DNA from: Clostridia bacterium
Lineage (GTDB): Bacteria > Bacillota > Clostridia > TANB77 > CAG-508
Direction of reading: 5' to 3'
Assembly: GCA_022797145.1 (NCBI GenBank)
Contig: JAAWKA010000001.1
Coordinates: forward strand, 61,745 to 125,744
Length of the DNA: 64,000 bases
Part shown: one piece after another, positions 27,472 through 36,696 of the stretch
How the letters are laid out: every line of letters starts with the position of its first letter
Position numbering within the stretch: the first letter of the stretch is position 1
The notes under the pieces: model-generated
The model's input: only the letters and a program-made list of their open reading frames with translations
Told to the model about the DNA's origin: nothing
Databases searched by the model: none
Made by a program: the position numbers and the translations under genes

Positions 27472-28167
27472 TTATTTTTCTATAGTCACATTATAACCAA
27501 TAAATAATCCTGTTTCAATTACTCCTACTATATTTTTTAAATTTTTTTCTAAATTTTCTTCTACATTTTTAAAAATTACATCTAAAATTACATTTTGTCC
27601 TTCTGTTATAACTGGTCCATCTTTGCCTTTTGCAAGTCTTAATGTTACACTTTCTGCCCCCATTTTTATTAGCTCTTGTCTTACATAATTTATAGCATTA
27701 GGATATGTTTCTACTGGTATTGGAAAGTTATCACATATATTTTTTACAAATTTTGTTTCATCTACTAATATATAGTTTTGTTTTGAATTTACAATATTTA
27801 GTTTTTCTCTAAACATTGCTCCTCCTCTCCCTTTTATTAACCAATTTTTTGAATTTACTTCATCTGCTCCATCAAAAGACCAATCTGGTTTTTTATCTAA
27901 TAATGTTGTAGTTGGTATTCCTAATTGTAAGCATAGTAAATTAATTTCATGCGAAGTTGGGATTGCTATAATATTTAATTTTTCTTCTATTACTCTTTTT
28001 GAAATTTCCTTTATTGTTATAAATGATGTAGAACCTGAACCAACTCCTATTATATCTCCTTGTTTTACTTTGCTTGCTATTCTTTTTGCTATTTTTATTT
28101 TCTGTTCTATATTATTAATTTCTCCATTCCATTCTATTTTTTGTAATACTTTTTCATCCCAATTCAT
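27472..28167 (-). CDS. rpiA: ribose-5-phosphate isomerase A
   Basis: IIGVGSGSTSFITI, FDGADEV and KGRGGAMFREK motifs. Confidence 0.85.
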   Translation of the reverse strand: MNWDEKVLQKIEWNGEINNIEQKIKIAKRIASKVKQGDIIGVGSGSTSFITIKEISKRVIEEKLNIIAIPTSHEINLLCLQLGIPTTTLLDKKPDWSFDGADEVNSKNWLIKGRGGAMFREKLNIVNSKQNYILVDETKFVKNICDNFPIPVETYPNAINYVRQELIKMGAESVTLRLAKGKDGPVITEGQNVILDVIFKNVEENLEKNLKNIVGVIETGLFIGYNVTIEK

Positions 28168-28215
28168 ATTATACCTTCTTTCTTAGTATATTTTAAGGGC
28201 GTTTTACGCCCTTTT

Positions 28216-30166
28216 TTAGTTTGTTTCAATTATTGTAGATAATTGTGCATATGTATCTGTTGATAATAATTGTCTTGATACTACTTTTCCATTTAATTTT
28301 AATATTCTATATGCTCTTGATCTGTATCCTCCATGTCCATTTTGAATTTTTCTTTGAGTTCCTTGTGGTAGATTTGGATTTTTTACATATTCTACTTTTG
28401 TTGGTATTACTTGTATTGTTTCTGATTTTATTTCAACTTCATATTCTACTTCCTCTTTGCAGCCATATATCTCTACTGTTATTTTTCCTCCATTTACATG
28501 TGCTACTATTTTTACTGGATATTTTCTAGAATTTTTGAATATAAATTCTGGCCCTCCCCAAGAAACAGTTGCATCTGTACTTAGTGGTACATATCCTGTC
28601 GAAAATCTATGATTTGATCTTTTTACAATTTCTAAGTTTGCTCTTAATGCTGTATTATATAAAGTTGATGATACTTGACATATTCCTCCACCAAGTTCTT
28701 GTATTACTTTTCCTCCTGAATATGCTGCTGCTGGTTTATATCCTGCTTGAGCAGTTCTTTGACCTACTACTTTATTGTATGAAAAAGTTTCTCCGTGGTA
28801 ATAATACTACTCCATTTATTTTATTGGTAGATAATTTTATATTTGTTGTTCTATTTACATTTTTTGTAGAAAATGTTGTTGAATATGAGGCTAACAAGTT
28901 TGGAAAAGCTTCTGTTCCTATTTGATTTGTTGTAACTTTTGGGTATGTAATTTTTAATGGTATTATTATTTGTTCTTCCTGTGTTTCTATCAGTTTATTG
29001 GCTTCTTCCATTGATATTTTAAAGTCTATACCATTAACATGTGGATATACTGTAAATGGTTCTTTTGTATAGTATGCATCTTTAGGTTCTTTATATATTT
29101 CATCACGTATTTTTTTTAAATCAACTGCTTCTGGCTCTTCTATTTCAACTGGTATTTCTATTGTAATTGTTTCTTTGTCTAGTTTTTCCATACTTTCTAA
29201 TATCATTTTTTTTAATTGTTCTTGTTTTACTTTTACTCCTTGTTTTCCTTTTGTTACAATTAATTTATTTCCATCTATCTCATAGGTTGGTGTTTTTACA
29301 CTATTAGGTAAATTTTCTGATATATTGGTTATAAAATTATCTAAAGCTTCATTATTATATTTTAATTGTGGTGTAATATCTATTTTATTAATATTTACAC
29401 TAATAATTTTATAATTATCTTTTAATATTTTTCCACTTCTCCCAACATTATATGCCTCCTCTATAGTTTCATCTATTTTAAAATTAGCTTCTATTTGTTC
29501 TGGAGTGAGTGAAGTTTCATATTCATCTTGCTTCAATATTATATTTTGTTTTAATTTATCTATATAATTTTCATTTACTTTTTGTTTAGCTTCCTCTAGT
29601 GAGAGTTCTGATATATCTATTCCTTTTATAGACACTCCTTTTATAATTTTGTTAGTATTTTTATTTATAAGAGCAAATATTGTTGAAAAGGATAATAAAA
29701 TTATTAATAAAATTATTGACAATATTAGTATAACCTTATTAATGTTATTTTTTACTTTTGGCTCTTCTCCTGGTTCTAAATCAGATTGTTTTTCTATCTT
29801 GGTTTGTTCTTCTTTTGTAGTATCATTATCCAATATTTCATTTATAACTTCTTCTTTTGGTTCTTCTTTTATAATTTCTTCATTTTCTTTTTCTAATTCT
29901 TTTTCTTTTATACAATTTAATTCATTTTCTTTTTCTATAGATTCTTCTTGTTTATTTTCAGTAATTTTTTCATTTTCTTCTTTTATTTTTTCTTGTGTTA
30001 TTTCTTTTTTATTCTCTTTTTTTGTACTATTTTTTTTGTTTGTACTATTTTTTTTCTTACTACTATTTTTATTATTATTTTGTTTTTTTGTTTCTTCTTT
30101 TTTATTACTTTCTTCTTTGTCTACTTTTAATACTTCATTTTCTACTTCTATTTCTACTTTATCCAT
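28216..30166 (-). pseudogene. VanW-family protein with a +1 frameshift (or sequencing error) at ~28795
   Basis: ORF 28772-30166 ends ...KINGVVLLPRRNFFIQ*. Shifting one base at CCA-C-GGA-GAA gives GETFSYNKVVGQRTAQAGYKPAAAY...GGGICQVSSTLYNTALRANLEIVKRSNHRFSTGYVPLSTDATVSW..., the VanW core, down to a TAA at 28216-28218. The N-terminus is K/E/N-rich low complexity followed by one TM. Confidence 0.75.
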
Positions 30167-30329
30167 TTTGTTAACATCCCTTCTATTAAGTATAAGTTTT
30201 ATTTCTTAAAATAAAATAAACCGTATTATATCTTTATTCATAATACGATCTATATATTATCACATTTTTATAAAATTAACAACATTTTAATTTTTTTATA
30301 CTTTTATTACAAAAAACTACACTTTTCTT

Positions 30330-31427
30330 TTAATCTTGTTCAAATATAGTTTTTAAAATACCTTTATTTATAATTTCTTTGAATACATTTTTTAATACTA
30401 ATAATGTAATTGGTCCTAACATAAGTCCTAATACTCCAAATATTTTAAATCCTGTATACATACCTATTAATGTAAATACTGGATGTATTCCCATTTGTTT
30501 ACTTATCATTTTAGGTTCTAATAAATTTTTTATAATTGCCCATATTATCCATAGTATCCCTACTCCTATTGCTGCTGGTATATTTTTTATTATTATTAAG
30601 TATATTGTCCAAGGTATCATAACTGCCCCTGCTCCAAATAATGGTAATAAATCAATAAATCCAATTAAGATTGCCATTATTACTGGATATTCCAACTTTA
30701 TTCCCATAGTTCCCATTATAATTAAACCTGTTAATACTAATATAAAGCATATTCCTGATAATTTAGCTTCTGCTTTTATATACTCTATCACTATGTTACA
30801 AGTTTCTTTATAAATTAACTTAATTTTATCTATCCATTTTTTTGGAATTTGTTTTTTACATGTACTTATAATATAATCTCTATCAAAACAGATGAATATT
30901 ACAGCAAGTATAGTAATAAATCCATATGTAAACCATATAGGTATTGCTGTTAAGGTATTTACTAATCCTGTAAAAAATCTTACTAAGAAAGTTTTTAAAG
31001 TATCTAACAATCCACTATATGATTTCTCTAAAATTTGTATAATTTCACTTGGGATTTGCATTTTTGCTTCTTTAACCTCATTAAAAAAGTTAATCCCATA
31101 ATCATATGCTTGTATTACATAAGTGTTTATGTTGTTTATCAATTTGCTTGATTCTGTTATTAAATTAGTTATAAGTATTGCCAATATTGTTATTATTAAT
31201 GTTACTATTAATAATAAAGCTATAATACTTGCTAACTTTCTTTTCATTTTTGTTTTATTGATTAATAGTCTTATTAAAGGCTCTGTTAGACTTGATATTA
31301 TTAATGCTATTAAAAATGGCATATAGAATATTGCTATTTTATATGCCATAAACATCATTATTATTATAAATAAAGCTATTGCAAATTTTGAAAGCATTTT
31401 TAAATAATATTTATGTTTATCTTCCAT
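30330..31427 (-). CDS. AI-2E/PerM-family transporter (YtvI-like sporulation membrane protein)
   Basis: 365 aa, polytopic, with LLPLFGAGAVMIPWTIYL typical of the family. Confidence 0.7.
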   Translation of the reverse strand: MEDKHKYYLKMLSKFAIALFIIIMMFMAYKIAIFYMPFLIALIISSLTEPLIRLLINKTKMKRKLASIIALLLIVTLIITILAILITNLITESSKLINNINTYVIQAYDYGINFFNEVKEAKMQIPSEIIQILEKSYSGLLDTLKTFLVRFFTGLVNTLTAIPIWFTYGFITILAVIFICFDRDYIISTCKKQIPKKWIDKIKLIYKETCNIVIEYIKAEAKLSGICFILVLTGLIIMGTMGIKLEYPVIMAILIGFIDLLPLFGAGAVMIPWTIYLIIIKNIPAAIGVGILWIIWAIIKNLLEPKMISKQMGIHPVFTLIGMYTGFKIFGVLGLMLGPITLLVLKNVFKEIINKGILKTIFEQD

Positions 31428-31509
31428 TATTCTCTCCTATATTATTTATTTTTTATTAATTATATCATTAAAAAAATAATATAACAATATAGGAATTATT
31501 AAGATTTTA

Positions 31510-33288
31510 TTAGTCAATAAATATTTTTTCAAATTGTTCTTTAGTAATTGTTTCTTCTTTTAAAAGTAAGTTTGCTAATATATGAAGCTTATCAATATTT
31601 TTATTTAAGATTATCTGAGCTTTTTGATATGCTGCATCTATTAATTTCTTTATTTCTTCTCCTATTATATCTTCTATATTCTGTCCAAATATTGTTAAAT
31701 TTTCTTCTAGTTCTAATGAAATTGGACCTAGTGTATCACTCATTCCATAAACTGTAACCATATCTTTTGCAATTTGTGTAGCTACTTGAATATCATTCCT
31801 TGCTCCTGTCGATATATCATCTAATGCCAATTTTTCTGCTGCTCTTCCTCCAAGTAATCCTATTAATTTTTCTTCCATTTCTGTTTTTGATTTATAGAAT
31901 TTATCTTCATTTGTTTTATACATTGTATATCCGCCTGCTGGTCCCCTTGGTATAATTGATATTTCTTTTAATTCCTCTCCTGTTTGTAAAAACTTTCCTA
32001 CTATTGCATGTCCTGCCTCATGATATGCTGTTAAATTTTTTTCTTTTTGTGAAACAACTCTACTATTCTTTTGCAAACCTACTGTTACTTTTTTTACTGC
32101 TTCTTCTATATCTATTTGCTCTATTTCAGTATGTTTATTTATTGTTGCAATGATTGCTGCTTCATTTAATATATTAGCAAGCTCTGCTCCTGTAAAACCT
32201 GCTGTGTCTTCTGCAATACTTTTTAATGTTACATCTTTTGAAAATTTCTTTTCTTTACTGTGTATTTTTAGTATTTCCTCTCTTCCTTTTATGTCTGGAG
32301 GTGCTATTGTTATTTGTCTGTCAAACCTTCCTGGTCTAAGTAAAGCTTTGTCTAGCATTTCTGGTCTATTTGTTGCGGCAAGTACTATAATCGTTTCATT
32401 CTTTTCAAATCCATCCATTTCAACTAATAATTGATTTAAAGTTTGATTATTCTCCGATTCTGCCCCACTTTGACTAGTTCTTCTTGATCCTATAGCATCA
32501 ATTTCGTCTATAAATACAATACATGGAGATATTTTTCTTGCTTTTTCAAATAGTTTTCTTACACGTGAGGCTCCTAATCCTGCAAACATCTCTATAAACT
32601 CTGATCCACTCATAGAAATAAATGGGACTCCTGCTTCTCCTGCTATGGCTTTTGCAATTAATGTTTTTCCTGTTCCTGGTTTACCATATAGTAATATTCC
32701 TTTTGGTATTTTAGCCCCCATATCATAAAATCTTTTTGGTTCTTTTAAAAAATCTACTATCTCAATTAATTCTGTTTTTTCTTCTTCTAATCCTGCAATA
32801 TCTTCAAATTTTACATTACTTACATTTCCTTCACCATCATATATTTTTCCTTTGTCTCCTAATCCTTGTACTTTATATATCAGTACAAACAATGCCACCA
32901 TCATTAAAGTTGGTAATAGGCTAAATAGCATTGATGGTATTTTTAAGAATATGTTTTGTTGTTTTTGTTCAACATTTATTTCATTTCCTTCTTCTGCTTT
33001 GGTTTGTATTAATTCTATAAATGCTTGTGTACTTGGAATTATTGCATTTTTAGATTCTTCTTCTCCTTTTAACTTTACTTTTATACTGGTACTTCCAACT
33101 GTCATTTCTACTTTTTCTACTGCTTGTTCATTTATTTGTTTTATCAAGTCTGTATACGATATATTTTTTTCTTCATCATTATTTTTTGAGTTTATTAGGT
33201 ATAACGCTATTAATATTAGTAGAAATATTAGTGTTATACTTAATCCAATATATATATATATATGTTTTTTATTTTCTTTTTTATTCAT
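31510..33288 (-). CDS. ftsH: ATP-dependent zinc metalloprotease FtsH
   Basis: Walker A GKPGTGKT, Walker B IVFIDEIDA, SRH region ATNRPEMLDKALLRPGRFD, and zinc site HEAGHA. Confidence 0.95.
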   Translation of the reverse strand: MNKKENKKHIYIYIGLSITLIFLLILIALYLINSKNNDEEKNISYTDLIKQINEQAVEKVEMTVGSTSIKVKLKGEEESKNAIIPSTQAFIELIQTKAEEGNEINVEQKQQNIFLKIPSMLFSLLPTLMMVALFVLIYKVQGLGDKGKIYDGEGNVSNVKFEDIAGLEEEKTELIEIVDFLKEPKRFYDMGAKIPKGILLYGKPGTGKTLIAKAIAGEAGVPFISMSGSEFIEMFAGLGASRVRKLFEKARKISPCIVFIDEIDAIGSRRTSQSGAESENNQTLNQLLVEMDGFEKNETIIVLAATNRPEMLDKALLRPGRFDRQITIAPPDIKGREEILKIHSKEKKFSKDVTLKSIAEDTAGFTGAELANILNEAAIIATINKHTEIEQIDIEEAVKKVTVGLQKNSRVVSQKEKNLTAYHEAGHAIVGKFLQTGEELKEISIIPRGPAGGYTMYKTNEDKFYKSKTEMEEKLIGLLGGRAAEKLALDDISTGARNDIQVATQIAKDMVTVYGMSDTLGPISLELEENLTIFGQNIEDIIGEEIKKLIDAAYQKAQIILNKNIDKLHILANLLLKEETITKEQFEKIFID

Positions 33289-33320
33289 TTCTATATCCTT
33301 TCTATACTATATAAGATTTT

Positions 33321-34337
33321 TTAAACTTCTTGAATACCTGGTTCTTGTCCTACATTATTATCTCTTTCATCTTCTGTTTTATTTTCTTCTTCTGGCTCTT
33401 TGTTTTTATTTTTTTCTTCATCTTTTTGCTCTTCTTCTTGTAATTTTATTTCTTCTTTTACTTTTTCTTGTTCTTCTATTATTTTCATTAATTCAAATTG
33501 TCTATTTATTAAATCTGTTTTTATTATCAGAATTGCAACAATAACATATATATATGATATTGTTGTATACATCCATTGAAAATACTGTATAGTAAAACCT
33601 GTAAATGTATTTACTAAAATATAGATGAGATTTAATAATATTGGCAATGTTAATGCATGTATCCCAATGTTAAACGCAGCTTTAAATTTTATTTTTATTT
33701 TGGCAATTCTTGCTAATAAGAAGCCTAATCCTCCTAATACTAGTGCATCTACTAATGCTGTAGCAAAGTAAATACTAAAAATATATATAGTTACTGTAAC
33801 AAAAAAAGCTAGTGATATATTTATAATATTAATATTTTCAACTTGTTTTACTATATCTTGTTTATTAAAATTATCCATTTTATATGTTTGTGCTATATCT
33901 ACATAGTTATATATCATATTTTGGTTTAATACCTTTGTTTTTAATACTATCTTATCTTGTAAAACGAGAACACTATTATCATATTCTTGCAATAAATCTA
34001 AATATTGGTCTTTATTTGTTGTGGATGTATTGATAATAAGTAAATTTATTATGCTATTTTCATTTTGTATTTTTATTTCTTCCCCATTGTTAATACTTAA
34101 TCTTCCATTGCTATAATCTAATTGTTGTATATTCTCTTCTAAAAATGAAATGCTCTGTTTTAGTGTTGATACAAACTTATATGTATATGTTGCACATACA
34201 AGTATGGAAAAAATTAAAACTATTTGTAATAGATATTTTATATTCTTTTTTAATGTTTCTATTGCAAACTTCTCATATTTATCAAAATCTTTTATACTAA
34301 TTATTATTTTCTTAAAAAAACTTATTTCATCTTGCAT
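33321..34337 (-). CDS. polytopic membrane protein (DUF1189-like) with acidic/lysine-rich C-terminal tail
   Basis: N-terminus FFKKIIISIKDFDKYEKF... and the overall topology resemble DUF1189. The tail EEQEKVKEEIKLQEEEQKDEEKNKNKEPEEENKTEDE is low complexity. Confidence 0.4.
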   Translation of the reverse strand: MQDEISFFKKIIISIKDFDKYEKFAIETLKKNIKYLLQIVLIFSILVCATYTYKFVSTLKQSISFLEENIQQLDYSNGRLSINNGEEIKIQNENSIINLLIINTSTTNKDQYLDLLQEYDNSVLVLQDKIVLKTKVLNQNMIYNYVDIAQTYKMDNFNKQDIVKQVENINIINISLAFFVTVTIYIFSIYFATALVDALVLGGLGFLLARIAKIKIKFKAAFNIGIHALTLPILLNLIYILVNTFTGFTIQYFQWMYTTISYIYVIVAILIIKTDLINRQFELMKIIEEQEKVKEEIKLQEEEQKDEEKNKNKEPEEENKTEDERDNNVGQEPGIQEV

Positions 34338-34664
34338 TTTATTTCTCCTTTATTATTTTCTTATGTATATTATGCCTATAATTATCTAAATATATCATAT
34401 ATTTTTTTAAATGTAAACAGTAATACACATTAACATAAATATTTAAATTATATTATAAAATATTTTAATAAAGCTATATTTAACTTTCTTAAATTTAGGT
34501 TTATATATTTAGATGTATTTTTTTATAGATTATTCTGTAATTTTTTGATTGTTTAATCTGATATTATTCAAGATTTGTATTATTTCATATTATTCTCCTA
34601 TTATTTTTACTAAATATAAAAACTTCAAGTATTGAACTTTATATTTAATTTAATAGTAGCAAGA

Positions 34665-35188
34665 ATGGGAAATCTAGAATATTCAGTACATGTTATATTA
34701 ATTCAAATTGCTGATATATACGAATCCTTTATTCAAGGTTTTGGAGATGGTATTACTATAAGTGTTGGAATTGCATCTGGAAAAAGGATATTAAATACAT
34801 TAACAATGTAAAAATTGTTGCAAAAAAGATAATTAATTATGCTTCTGTAATTTTGCCATTTATTATATTAATAATTTCATTGGTTATTATGAATATATCT
34901 TTAAGAAAACCAGAACTTCAATGTATCTTCTTTAGAGTAATACCATTATTCTTATTAGGAACATATATAACCATGTCAGCAACATATTATTTTGCAATAT
35001 TAAGAGGTAACAGAGACTTTAAATTTCTAGCAAAGAGAAATATCATTAGTTCTATTATAAAAATATTAGTTGCTACCTTATTATCTTATACATCTCTTGG
35101 TATTGTTGGTGTATGGATAGGATATTTAATATATGGAATAGTGCAAAAATATTTATCTAAAAAAAGATATCAAGATTTGAAATATTAA
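34665..35188 (+). pseudogene. C-terminal fragment of a MATE-family efflux transporter, truncated and frameshifted
   Basis: Only the last ~170 codons are present, in two frames joined at an A5 run (tctggaaaaagg, ~34780). The fragments read ...GFGDGITISVGIASGK and KDIKYINNVKIVAKKIINYASVILPFIILI...GIVGVWIGYLIYGIVQ. No N-terminal half lies upstream. Confidence 0.5.
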
Positions 35189-35200
35189 TAAGTTACAAAA

Positions 35201-35234
35201 TTAGGAGAGTTTAGTTTTTACACTACTCTCCTAA
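35201..35234. terminator. bidirectional terminator hairpin
   Basis: ttaggagagt-(14 nt)-actctcctaa, between the MATE fragment (+) and the ORF6N gene (-). Confidence 0.55.
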
Positions 35235-35240
35235 TTAAAT

Positions 35241-36152
35241 TTATAGATTAATAATTTTTTCTATAATATTCATATCTTCTATCTTATTAATCCCAAAACA
35301 TTTCTTTCCTAAATCTTTTATTGAAGCTCCTAAATGATACATTTCTTTGTTATCTATTACTATAAACCTATCATGAAATTTGTTTGTTTTAGCAACTTTA
35401 AGAATAGGATATTCTTTATTGAATTTTTTTATATCTAAATTTTCAATATTACTTTTGTCAGATATTAAAATAACAGTTTCTACATTATTTTTCTTTTTAG
35501 CTAACATTTTTAAAACACTATCATCAATATAATTATCTATAATTAAAATCTTGTCAGTTGCCTTTTTTATGATATCTATAATGATGCTATATGCATCATA
35601 TATTTGACCATCAAAAAATATTCTTTGTTTGATATTTTCTTCTAGTTGTAATTGATCAAATATTATATCGAATTTTTTATCTTGCTCAATGAACTTTTTG
35701 TCCATTTTATTTTCAATAGTAATTACTTTTTCAAATAAACTCTTATTTACATTTATGAATTTTCTCATTTCCACAAATGCATCCATTATTTTAATACTAA
35801 CTTGTATAGCAACTTCACTCTTTAATATTCCAGACAACATAGCTATTCCTTGTTCTGTAAAAACATATGGCAAATATTTTTTGCTTCTATATTTATTATA
35901 TTCTAATTTTGAGGTGGTCACAATTTGTGACCACATAATTTCTAATTCTTTTTCTGTTAATTGAAAACAAAATCTTTCTGGAAATCTATCTATATTTCTT
36001 TTTACAGCTTGATTAACTTTTTTAGTTTCATAATTATATAGCATTGCAACATCACTATCTAGCATGACTTGTTTTTCTCTTATTGTGTATATTAAATTTT
36101 TTATATCTTCATTTGTTAATTCATTTTGAATTGCTAATTTATTTTCTTCCAT
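35241..36152 (-). CDS. ORF6N-domain DNA-binding protein with C-terminal single HKD-variant (PLD-superfamily nuclease-like) domain
   Basis: Start moved to the ATG at 36152. ORF6N pattern IREKQVMLDSDVAMLYNYETKKVNQAVKRNIDRFPERFCFQLT. The C-terminus KFHDRFIVIDNKEMYHLGASIKDLG gives HxR(x4)D(x7)GxS, against the canonical HxK(x4)D(x6)GSxN. Confidence 0.6.
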   Translation of the reverse strand: MEENKLAIQNELTNEDIKNLIYTIREKQVMLDSDVAMLYNYETKKVNQAVKRNIDRFPERFCFQLTEKELEIMWSQIVTTSKLEYNKYRSKKYLPYVFTEQGIAMLSGILKSEVAIQVSIKIMDAFVEMRKFINVNKSLFEKVITIENKMDKKFIEQDKKFDIIFDQLQLEENIKQRIFFDGQIYDAYSIIIDIIKKATDKILIIDNYIDDSVLKMLAKKKNNVETVILISDKSNIENLDIKKFNKEYPILKVAKTNKFHDRFIVIDNKEMYHLGASIKDLGKKCFGINKIEDMNIIEKIINL

Positions 36153-36183
36153 AGATTCACATCCTTTTCTTACTTTATATATT

Positions 36184-36531
36184 CTAAAACATTTGTTCTT
36201 CAATGTCAAGACTTTTGCAATTTTTAATTCTAAAATTTATGCTATTGAAAAGATATAAAGCAACTTTATTTTGCTGTGCTGAATCCATTTCCATAATTTT
36301 GCTTGATACAAAAATTGTATAAGGATAGTTTGCAAAATTGACAGTAGTTGTTCTATATTCTATATTAATTTCTTTTAGCAAATTATCAAAGTATTTACAC
36401 ATTTCTTTTTTATCATATTGTAAATTAGTATGACTGTAATTATCGCACATACATATTGCTAATCTTAATTTATTTTCTAAGTCCATATCTTTTATCATAT
36501 CTATTACATAATTTAATTTTTCATCATTCAT
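36184..36531 (-). CDS. hypothetical protein
   Basis: 115-aa ORF between the recombinase and the ORF6N gene, same strand. No motif recognised. Confidence 0.4.
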   Translation of the reverse strand: MNDEKLNYVIDMIKDMDLENKLRLAICMCDNYSHTNLQYDKKEMCKYFDNLLKEINIEYRTTTVNFANYPYTIFVSSKIMEMDSAQQNKVALYLFNSINFRIKNCKSLDIEEQMF

Positions 36532-36614
36532 AATTTTCTATTCCTTTCAATTTTAAATTTTTATTAATTTTTGGGGTATGGGGTGCAAATCCCATATTGA
36601 AATTTGTGCAGGAG

Positions 36615-36649
36615 TACAAATTCAGTGCTTGCTAGGACAAGAATTTGTA
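36615..36649. repeat. 9-bp perfect inverted repeat tacaaattc / gaatttgta with a 17-nt loop, in a locally GC-richer spacer
   Basis: Read directly from the sequence. A second imperfect inverted repeat, tgcaaat...atttgtgca, lies at 36584-36610. Confidence 0.8.
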
Positions 36650-36696
36650 AATTCTAAAATATTGCATTTTTTCTTGTGCCATTTTTGACTTCATTT

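Noticed and set aside
28195-28217. GC-rich hairpin aagggcg-tttta-cgccctt as the terminator of the VanW gene.
   Set aside because: The T-run follows the hairpin on the plus strand, where no gene ends. On the minus strand, where VanW ends and rpiA follows, the hairpin is followed by A-rich sequence. The orientation does not fit a canonical intrinsic terminator for the neighbouring genes, so its function is unclear.
36579-36692. 37-aa Cys-rich plus-strand ORF MGCKSHIEICAGVQIQCLLGQEFVNSKILHFFLCHF in the spacer after the recombinase.
   Set aside because: No properly spaced SD (only GGGG directly abutting the ATG). The region is better explained by the inverted-repeat structure. It is kept only as a remote possibility.
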